Positions 55,181-64,000 of a stretch of 64,000 nt of DNA are shown here, one piece after another. Every line of letters starts with the position of its first letter. The first letter of the stretch is position 1. Source of the stretch: Carpediemonas membranifera BICM (taxonomy: Eukaryota > Protista > Fornicata); NCBI GenBank assembly GCA_019828565.1, contig JAHDYR010000031.1, positions 1 to 64,000 on the forward strand, written 5' to 3'. The notes under the pieces were generated by a model. That model was not told where the DNA came from. It searched no databases and saw only the letters and a program-made list of their open reading frames with translations. The position numbers and the translations under genes are program-made.

Positions 55181-56820
55181 ATGAAGGTAAGAAAGCCCCC
55201 GTTGTTGCCTTACTGCAGTTGTTTGACCCTAAATCCGAATTCGAGCTCTCCCTCGACGGCTTCGAGACCGTCACCGATGAGCTGCTCGAATCCCAGGCGA
55301 CGGCGTTTCTCGCCAAGAGTGCTCTGGCTATGGTTGAGAAGATAGAGGCCGGCGAGGTTGTTAACACAACTGTGCACCCCACAGAGAGCGAAGACCGCGC
55401 CGTGGACCACTACAACCACCGCATGGAGGCCTCGCCCGTGGCCGGCAAGTCCCTCGCCGACTCGATCGCGCAGTGGAACACCATCAAGACGGAGATCGAC
55501 GCAATTCTCGACGGCAAGACCACCACGCCCGAGGGCAAGCGCTACACGGACGTCATCTTCAACGGGCTCGGCGGCTCCTTCCTCGGCCCTCTCATGCTCG
55601 TCATCTCGCAGTACGGCGACGAATTCAACTTCGAGTCCGGCCTGCCCGTCCGCATCCACTTCATGAGCAACACTGATCCCGATTCATACCACCTACTCTT
55701 CAACAAGCTCGACGTCGCCACCACCGTCATGGTCTCCATGTCGAAGTCCGGCAGCACCGCCGAGACCAAGGGCGCCACGGACGCCTGGACTGCCCTGGTG
55801 GCGTCCAAGGGCCTCGAGCTCGGCCCCCACAGCATAGCCGTGACGACGCCCGGCTCGATGCTCGACAAGTTCGCCCAGGAGCACAAGTTCCTCGGCATCT
55901 ACTACATGGCCACCGAGACGGGCGGCCGCACGTCCATCGGCACCGCCATCGGCATGGTCCCCGCTGCCTTTGCCCGCATCGACTTCGCGGACTTCCTGCG
56001 AGGACAGGGGCACATGGACGCGATGACGCGGCGCCCAGAGGTCAAGCAGAACCCCGCCATGCTTCTTGCCGTCGCCATCCACCAGATGACGCTCATGCAG
56101 GGCAGCAAGAACATGATTGTCCTCTGCTACAGCGACTTCCTGAAGGAGTTCGCCCACTACCTGCAGCAGCTGTACATGGAGTCCCTCGGTAAGAACTACC
56201 ACGCCGACGGCACGCCCGCTGTGGAGGGCCAGACCGTCTTTGGCGGCGTCGGCACCGGCGAGCAGCACGCCTTCATGCAGCAGGTCCAGAAGGGCCTCCG
56301 CGACTGCTTCGTCCGCTTCGTGCACTTCGCCAAGCGCTCAGGCGACCTCGACAACGCCAAGGCAGGCTCTGTCGGCCGCCAACTCCTGGCATTCGTCAAG
56401 GGCACCGAGGCCGCGCTGCACCAGAACGGCAAGGAGTTCATTACGTGTACGTACGACGAGCCCACGCCCTTCAACATCGGCATGATGGTCGCCCTCGAGG
56501 AGCGCGTCGTCACCTTCCTCGCCTGCTTCAAGGGTATCAACGCCTACGACCAGCCCGGCGTCCAGGACGGCAAGCTCGCCGCCGACGCCATGAACGCGTT
56601 CAGCAAGGACTCCGAGGCTTTCGTCGCGAAGGCCGGCTTCAAGGGCACCGCTGACGACTTTGTCACCGCGCAGGGTAAGGCCGTCTCCTTCGAGACCCGT
56701 CTGATGGCCGAGGCCTTCTTGTCTGATCTCACCAAGAACCCCGCTTCCTACAAGGCCCTAGCTGGGTGCAGGGCCAGCCGCCAGTTCGATGGCGAGTTTG
56801 CTTATGATATTACCGTGTAG
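55181..56820 (+). CDS. GPI: Glucose-6-phosphate isomerase; 32-nt intron 55187-55218
   Basis: GLGGSFLGP, SKSGSTAET, GGRTS, QQLYMESLGK, QHAFMQ, NAYDQPGV. ATG AAG followed by the GTAAGA...TGCAG intron gives an in-frame start. Confidence 0.95.
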
Positions 56821-57878
56821 AGCCATAAACGTTCGTGATCGATCCTGATTGGATTCATCAGTCGCTGGATTTCGCGATACGATCGACCACTGCCATCCGC
56901 GATCGCGGTGCGCCGCAGACTTAGTGGCAGCCTGAGGCCATCAGGGTGAGATATACGCAAAATACGAAAGTGATTTTGAGATCTTGACTATTCATGACCA
57001 AATAGATTTGGAACGTGGACCCACGACAATAGACATCAGGACAGCTGAAATGCTTGCTTGGTACCTTTCTAATGGCGACAGAGACGAGTTCATGAAGACT
57101 GAATCTGGATATCCATCGTCTGCTCCATTGCACGGCGATCACACGGACATTTTCAACCTTCGCCTGTACTACCGGAACTCCAGCTCATTAGAAGAGCCAT
57201 CCGATACCTAGATGCGTTCATATACACATTCCTTTGCCTCTAAGGCTGTCTCATGGAACATCACTTCGCATCTCTCCCATGACGGATGACGGCAATCGGG
57301 GAATCCACCCAATGCTGCCCTCTGTAACATAAAACACACAATAGACAGTGGAATGATGCACATGAGCTGGATTTGGCTCGTTGCAGCTCTGTCTTCCAGC
57401 TTTCTGCCTCTTCCCACTGGCCACACTGGCATAGTAGGGCAGGGAGGCCTAAACGCGCTATCTAGAGGATAACTCCCCATACTGCCGCAACTTCAGGTCA
57501 TCATCCTCCTTGGTTGGACTCTGATCAATGCGGTCAGTCACGAAAGCATCTTACATGTACCCTACGGGCTGCAGCCTCCATAAATCGATCATCGTCAGGT
57601 GGCAGCATAAAGTTAGAAAACTAGGTCTCCTCTGGTGAGCTTGCTTCGTGCTCGATGTTAAGTGGCGCTAGGGAGCGCAGCTGGCAGGTTCCGGCGTGGG
57701 TCGGAAGCAGCCGACCAGTTTTTGTTTAGGCTATGTATCCGTCCAAATTCGACACAATAGTGTCGAGACGTCAGTGCTCATGAACGAGGCCGTGGCCGCG
57801 CGAGTCTACCACGCCCGGCGGACAACAACCCAGGCGGCGCAAGCCGTCGATATTTGCGGACGTGAGAACTTCACGGAC

Positions 57879-58650
57879 AGTAAATATCCTTCCCCCCATT
57901 GGTTTACACAGCGGATGAGCTAGTGCGAGTACCACTCGAGCCCATTGGCACCCGGGGTGCTGAGACGCCCGAGAGGGCGCGCGGAAACGCGCAGTTTATG
58001 GCATCAGAATTTCGAATGCCCGAAGGCACATCGGGCCCAAAGGAGCCCGAGAAGAATAAATCCTTTACCCCCCCCTTTGGGAGTATGAGTTAGGTGGCTA
58101 GCCTAGTCTAGCGGATGTGTCAGACATCATTCCTGTCACAAGACCATCACTAGCACCTGCGCGCGCCGATCAATGTGCACTTTAGGTCACACTTCGAAAC
58201 GCATCGGCAGGTGTCGGAGCCGTTCCGGACCTGACCGGATCGCGAGACGAGGATTTACCCAGGTCTGTCATAAGAGCTCGGGGAAGCCACCCGAAGTAAA
58301 TACTCGCCCCCCCATTTTGGTTGGATTTAAGAGGAGGGCTCTCTGTTATAGAGCCACACTTTGTGGAAATTGGCGCTACATCGTCAGTAAGGTTACCTCG
58401 GGTAACGGGCCCGGAGCGGAGGGCGATGCGATAGCCTCACTCCGGGCAAAAGGTGTTTCGCCGGTCAGGCGAGTCACGCAGTTTATGCGGACAGAATGGC
58501 GCAAGGTTCGGATCCGCCGGATCCGACGGCACGGTACCAGTTACGACTGGTATACTCCTTCTCCCTCGGTAAGCGGAGAGGACTTCACGTTTAACTTACA
58601 CTAGCTTCCTCGTTAACATTGTGTAAATTAAGCGCCCCCCCCGTTGGTTA
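57879..58650 (+). mobile_element. Two tandem non-coding cassettes related to the DIRS element 1 leader
   Basis: 58311-58363 is the reverse complement of 26676-26728. Both cassettes start AGTAAATA..CCCCCATT(TT)GGTT and later contain CGCAGTTTATG. Confidence 0.65.
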
Positions 58651-58712
58651 ATGAAAAGAATGTCATGAGGCTAGGATAGCTAGCAAGGTCAATCGCATCA
58701 TATCGGCAAAGT

Positions 58713-58784
58713 GGGGTCAGCCGGGATTTGAACCCGGGACCTCCTGCACCCAAAGCAGGAATCATACCTCTAGACCACTAACCC
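58713..58784 (-). tRNA. tRNA-Pro (anticodon TGG)
   Basis: GGGTTAG...TGGTCTAG...CCTGC-TTTGGGT-GCAGG...CCGGG-TTCAAAT-CCCGG-CTGACCCC cloverleaf, 72 nt. Confidence 0.96.
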
Positions 58785-59439
58785 GCATTTTTGAGAAAAA
58801 AATGATTTTTACAAGACTGATGATATTTTGACGGCAACTTGGGGCCATTTCCGGCCATTAACAAGAGTTGAGCGGGGGGAAAATGGCCGTTGGATGGTCC
58901 TTCGACGCCTATGTGTCCCCTCTAAGACGGAAGTGGCCGGAGTGACAATCACCGATCGGTCTTTCTGCTGCCAATGCTGATCCGTTATAGTCGTGATTTC
59001 TTCTTGTTTCCCTGGACGGCAATCCCTATATCCGGTCGTATAGACGTCACCGAGGCGAACGGTAGACCTACCGATCACAGACAATTAGATTATTAAGACG
59101 CACTTGAACAAACAAGGTGTATTTATATGCCTGCCAACGAGCGACTGATGAAAAATCTGACAATTGGTGGGCTTCCGGCACATATTGCTGCATATCTCAA
59201 GACGCATGCGACCGAGATTGAATTGGTCGTGGGACATGGACAACAATCAGCCAAGTTAACTGCACGAAGGGTCGACTCTGTGGACGAATCGGCTCTCACA
59301 TTTTCTTCTACTGGCATCTGATCACAGCAACATTCTCCAGCGGGGTGGGTTGGACTTAGCTCACTGGACAACTGGAATAACGAGGACTAAAGCCTCTCAC
59401 ATCGCCTGCGCCGATCAACCAAGCCCGATGTCTCATATT

Positions 59440-61794
59440 TTAAATAGATTCATAGCCCAGCACTGCGGGCTTACGAGGCATACTGTCCCACGTCTTGGTG
59501 CACTTTAAGGGCTCCAGTTGGTCGAGCAGCCCATGCAGCGTGTGGTCGCTCAGCTGGACGACGCTGGTCTTGGACGCCCTCGAGATGACCTGGGACTCGG
59601 TCAGCCCCGGTTGGAGCTGCTCGTCGTAGGAGTCCGTGATCGAGACGATTGTGACAGGCTCGAGGTCGATCTCTGGCAGCGTGAAGGAGAGCGTCATGCC
59701 GGCCTCGAGGTCGGCGCTCTCGCTCTGGGTGACGAGGACGAAGCCCTTGTCGCAGTCGATTCGGCGTGTGAGAAGGGCGGGGCAGCGGGCGACCCGGCAG
59801 GGGATGGAGAGAATGAAGTCGTCGCTGTGCTGATCGTGGATGCCCCGGATTGACAGCAGCTCGATCAGCACCGTCTTGTTCTTAGCCTTCGCGGGGGGCA
59901 TGCGGACGGCCGCCAGGGTCTCGCTGGGGGCGACGACGTCCTCGTCCTGGGCGATGAACCCCAGACTGGCCCGGTAGCTTTCCTCGCTGACGAGAATGGC
60001 GCCGGCCATGGCCGTACTCTCGATGCGCTGGGTCGTGTTGACGACGTCGCCGAGCACTGTATACTCCATGCGGTCGGCCGCCCCGATGTTGCCCGCGACC
60101 ATGGGGCCCGTGTGGATGCCGATGCCGAGGCGGAGGGGGTGGGTCAGGGAGGCGTGCTGGAAGCCGAACACGCGGTTCTGCATAGACAGTGCCGATCGGA
60201 TGGCGCGGAGGGGCGACTCGGCGTCGAACACGCCGTGCTGGATGAAGTGGGAGATGCCGAACAGCGCCATGATGGCGTCCCCGATGAACTTGTCGATCGT
60301 GCCCGTTTCAAAGGAGATGCACGGCACGGCGTCCCGCAGATACTCGTTCATAAGGGTGAACAGCTCGGTCGGGGGCATGCTCTCGCTCAGGGCGGTGAAC
60401 CCGACGATGTCTGAGAAGAGCACGGTGCCTTGGACGCCCTGGGGCACGAGGTCCTTCTTGCCCTTCATCACCTGGTCGACCAGGGGCTGCGGCAGGTACT
60501 TCGTCAGGGAGCGGCGGATGTTGGCGTTCGTGGTGGCCTCCCACACCAGCTGCTGCGACTTGAGGGCGACCGAGAGCTGGTGGCCGACCGCCGTGGCGAT
60601 CTCCATGTCCTTCTTCGTGAACGTGCCGTTCTGCTCGCTCTCCACCAGTACCAGCCCGAGGTAGTCATGTGTGTGCTTCGACAGCGTGCTGAACGACGGA
60701 CCGTACAGCGTCGAGTGAAGGCTCGTCAGGCTGTTCTTGCCCTCGGATGGGGCCCGCACCAGCAGCGGTATGCACAGCACGGCGGGGTGCTCGGCCACGG
60801 CAGGCTTGTGGTTCAGCGTCGTGGTCGGGTGATGCTTCATTGTCCGTAGCCCGCAGTCGGCGTCGGTTTTGGTCCTCGGCGGCAGCGCCACGACCCTCTG
60901 CCGGTCGAACCCGGCCCGCACGATGGCGCGGGCAACCTTGAACTCCGGGACGTTGACAAAGAACTCCTCGTCGACGAGGTCGTCGTCGGGGGAGGCCTGG
61001 ACGGAGCGTATGTCACGGGCACGGGCACTGATGAAGCGGAGGGAACGCTCAGACCGGCCCCGGAGCAGCATGACCTGCTTGGCGTTGGTGAACAGGTTCA
61101 ACAGCACGTCAAGCACGGCGTCGCAGTCCTCTTCGGACAGGTCGTCGTTGAACGACCGCAGCCCGAGGATCTCGGAGATGCGGAGAACGGCGTTGAGTCG
61201 CCGGCCGGCCGTAACGATGTCCGCCTTGATGCGCTGCTCGTCTGTAGCTGACAGACGCCGCTCTGCGGGATGGAAGGGGGGCTCCGGCACGACGAATGAA
61301 CTGTTGTCCATGTCCCGGGGGGAGCTGACGTACTCGCTGGCCTCGGACGGTGGCCGCATGGTTACAATTGTCCCCGCGTTCAGCTGGAGCGTGGCGCAGA
61401 GGTTGATGGAGCCAAGCCGGATGATGGCGCCGGGCTTGATGATTTCTTTGGACTTAGGCTTGAGGCGGCGCTCGGACACGAACGAGCCGTTGGAGGAGCC
61501 CAGGTCCTCTAGCACGATGGATGTGCCATCCACGGACACGGCGACGTGGGAGCGGGACAGCGTCAGATCGGGAATCGTGACGTCTGACTTCACGCCACGG
61601 CCGATAACCTTGGGAGTAGACGTAAGGGGGAAGCGGAAGCCTGCGCGGATGCCTGTATTAGGTTATTTGGGGAGGAACGCACCGTTTAAGATCTGGACCT
61701 CGTAGTTGGTGTCAGAGAAGTGGGGACTGCGTCTAATCGGCGAGCATGCACCATCGGTGCATATATTGGTCGGTTTCAGGCTTGGTTTTTGCAT
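59440..61794 (-). CDS. FHA-GAF-class III adenylate/guanylate cyclase; 30-nt intron 61682->61653
   Basis: FHA IGR...LSRSH...DLGSSNGS; GAF LCIPL...FTKKD; cyclase LFSDIVGFT, DKFIGDAIMA, YTVLGDVVNTTQRIES. The intron removes an in-frame TAA. Confidence 0.9.
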
Positions 61795-62033
61795 CGTTTG
61801 TTGACTATATGGTTGTTGACTGAAAAACTTTTTTGCGCCCACCCCTCGAAGCGCCGCACGCCAGCATGTACATCCATTCGCCTGTACTCACTGTGAAGGG
61901 CCCGTTTTTTGACCCCTTGCCGCCATTTCTTTGAAGTCGAAATAATTGCATCCGACGAGCATCAGAGAGCAGTCTCATGAGACGAATGGTCCCCTATCTT
62001 GCTAGCTATAGCTAACCTTACCTTGCTAGCTAT

Positions 62034-63302
62034 TTACATAAGAGGACCGCCCTTGCCCACCGTGCCTTCCCGGATTGTCCGCATGACGTACCGGGCCAGG
62101 TGGTCGGGCTGGAACCGGGCGGTGTTCTGCTCCACTTCATGGAGTCGCCGCAGCTCGCCCAGCAGACTGTCGACCTCGTTCCTGTACCTGCGGGCGGACT
62201 CGGCCTGGATAGTCCGCATGGCCCGGGTCACGGAGGCCCTGCCCTGCCGCTGCTCGTCCCGCATCTGGGCGATCTCCTCCTTCAGCAGGCTGATCTGTGC
62301 ACTGTACTGGTGGTCGATGGCGTCCTCCATTTCCTTTCGGAGGGTCTTCTGCCGTGCGACGAGCTCCCGCTTGAGCTGGCCCTCCTCCTTCAGCCGGTCC
62401 CGCTCCATGGCGAGGGCGGAGGCGTACAGCTCCCGGAACACCATCTTGGACGCCTGTTCCTGCTTAAGTGCCGTTGCCCGCTTCATCTGGACGACCTCCT
62501 GCCGAAGCTTAGTCATGGACGCGTTGGCATGCCGCGCTGACGCCCCCGCCGGAAGTGTCAAGACTGGGTCCCGGACAGAGTCCGTCCGTGTCTCATCCTG
62601 CACCGAAGGCATGGTGTACGGCTTCCGCGGCCCCGTCGTCGGGATGCGGTTGGTCACCCGCCGTGCCCGTGTGCCAGACTGGGCCGTCCTCGCCTTCCTG
62701 GGCTGAATCCTGCTCGGTGTGCTGGATGCAGACCGTGTGGGCTTACCACGGGCGCCCTGGTCCACGGCCGGGGACACCGTGAAGTCCACCCCTCCTCGGC
62801 TGGGCGGCGTGCGGCGCGTGAAGTCAACAGACGTGGCTGCACGGGCCATCGGCGACTCGTCCGCCACCTCTACTGGGGATTCGACCGCAGTGTTCGCCGT
62901 GGAGGTCTCGACGGCCCTAGGGGGCCCGTCCGGGAAGAATGTACTGAACTCGGGGAGGACCTCCTCGCTGGACCCAGCCTGGACCAGGCGGTACAGTTCA
63001 TACATGATCTCCGTCAGCCAGTACACGGTGACATAGTCGCGGTCGACCAGGCGGCGGGGATTCAGGTGACTGAGCTCCGTCTGGAATATGTCGGTGCCCA
63101 GGAAGTCTATGAGGGCCGCGGCGTTGTGTAAATGATCTGCATCGGTTGTTACATCCCGGATAATCTCTGGGAGTGTGTCTCCGTGGAGTAGCTCAGTCAG
63201 CACGACGAAAATGCTCTCAGAGACCTCGTCGATGGCCTGAACTGAATAGTCGATTCCCGCCACATCTATTAGCTTATTCAGTGCTTTCACGAGCGGGTCC
63301 AT
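62034..63302 (-). CDS. CEP95-like centrosomal coiled-coil protein
   Basis: N-terminal CH-like domain (LIDFLGTDIFQTELSHL) and C-terminal coiled coil (YSAQISLLKEEI). Confidence 0.65.
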   Translation of the reverse strand: MDPLVKALNKLIDVAGIDYSVQAIDEVSESIFVVLTELLHGDTLPEIIRDVTTDADHLHNAAALIDFLGTDIFQTELSHLNPRRLVDRDYVTVYWLTEIMYELYRLVQAGSSEEVLPEFSTFFPDGPPRAVETSTANTAVESPVEVADESPMARAATSVDFTRRTPPSRGGVDFTVSPAVDQGARGKPTRSASSTPSRIQPRKARTAQSGTRARRVTNRIPTTGPRKPYTMPSVQDETRTDSVRDPVLTLPAGASARHANASMTKLRQEVVQMKRATALKQEQASKMVFRELYASALAMERDRLKEEGQLKRELVARQKTLRKEMEDAIDHQYSAQISLLKEEIAQMRDEQRQGRASVTRAMRTIQAESARRYRNEVDSLLGELRRLHEVEQNTARFQPDHLARYVMRTIREGTVGKGGPLM

Positions 63303-63354
63303 ATCGTACTTGAGCCACTACGTGAAATTTCTCGTGATTTCGCACCTTTACGTG

Positions 63355-63467
63355 TATACATGCGGCGTTATATACCGGTTCCACCGGCCCACGTCTGTCC
63401 GAATACTCGGCCGGATCAACCGGCGTAGAGTATAGGAGCGGAGCAGCCTGGGGGTGGGAGAAACGGT
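63355..63467 (+). ncRNA. Orphan copy of the candidate omegaRNA scaffold (putative guide from 63448)
   Basis: Collinear shared blocks with 44410-44500 (TATACATG, GTTA, ACCGGTyCCACCGG, CTGTC, CTCGrCCGG, AGGAGCGGAGCAGC) and conserved stems. Confidence 0.55.
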
Positions 63468-63568
63468 AAACATCTCGGTATGCTGTGCTGCCGCATTCTG
63501 CTCCATACCGCTATGCAATACTGTTCCGAGCGCCCTTTATGTTTCTGCCAGTCGAGCCGAGCCTGAGC

Positions 63569-64000
63569 TCATCCGTAGATGCTTCCGCCGACGAGGAAGT
63601 TGTACTGGTTATGGTTGTCGGACCCCCCGGACAGCAACAGCACCTCGGTCAGCTTCTTCCTGTCGACGGGCGGCTGCATGCGGTGGAGGTACCACCAGAG
63701 CAGGACTACATCCGCCAGCACGCCGACAAAGAGGAACCCCGCCGTGAAGAGGTACAACACGCCGACGACACGGTGGCCGATGTAGAAGCGGTGCAGGTAG
63801 ATGCAGCCGAGCACGGAGGCCAGGAACGCCACGAAGACGAGCAGAAGAAGAGGCATGACAATCAGGAGGAGCACTGCAACCGTGATGGCGACCGTGACGA
63901 CCTCCGCGGCGTTGAGCTCGGAGTCAATGGCGAGGAACTCGATGACGGCCTCCATGCGCCGGGCCACGCGGTAGACCAACATCGGGACGCCCAGCTCGTA
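63569..64000 (-). CDS. TM2-domain membrane protein (5' end outside the window)
   Basis: LHRFYIGH...GVLYLFTAGFLFVGVLADV is the TM2 signature. Confidence 0.85.
   Translation of the reverse strand, partial: YELGVPMLVYRVARRMEAVIEFLAIDSELNAAEVVTVAITVAVLLLIVMPLLLLVFVAFLASVLGCIYLHRFYIGHRVVGVLYLFTAGFLFVGVLADVVLLWWYLHRMQPPVDRKKLTEVLLLSGGSDNHNQYNFLVGGSIYG

Noticed and set aside
56921-57480. Short ORFs downstream of GPI, and the 64-aa ORF at 59127-59321
   Set aside because: No recognisable motifs or host-like codon bias, so they cannot be supported.
57685-57725. SRP helix-8-like CAGG...GGAAGCAGCC
   Set aside because: It lacks the GNRA tetraloop and the flanking SRP helices.

Overview
Compact, GC-rich eukaryotic DNA using the standard code, with very short GT-AG introns (26-32 nt) and often ATAAA at or just after stop codons. 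This fits a free-living metamonad-type protist, which is an inference only. The window has three zones. (1) 1-19.1 kb: a repeat-rich accessory block with ~1.2-kb inverted repeats, a ~5.2-kb direct duplication and a 29-bp palindrome in six copies. It encodes a PHD-type Zn-finger protein, an OTU-like protease, a SET-domain protein, a HEPN/Zn-finger protein and two apparently inactivated tyrosine-recombinase-fold proteins. (2) 19.1-33.8 kb: a nest of retroelements, namely a 5'-truncated chromodomain Ty3/gypsy element with an antisense ORF, two DIRS-like tyrosine-recombinase retroelements, and an intact 4.3-kb gypsy element (identical 94-bp LTRs, 5-bp TSD) inserted in one of them. (3) 33.8-64 kb: housekeeping genes (HEAT protein, Nup214/159-like, NICE-3-like, fidgetin-like, glycogen synthase, V-ATPase C, DDI1, POC1-like, GPI, tRNA-Pro, FHA-GAF-cyclase, CEP95-like, TM2). 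A Fanzor1-type (eukaryotic TnpB-like) RNA-guided nuclease gene lies at 42.8-44.3 kb with a candidate omegaRNA downstream. The most striking observation is a second, protein-free copy of that scaffold at 63.36-63.45 kb, with conserved structure and a different putative guide. Many frameshifts in the repeats fall in homopolymers and may be assembly errors. All calls are from motif recognition by eye; no searches were run.
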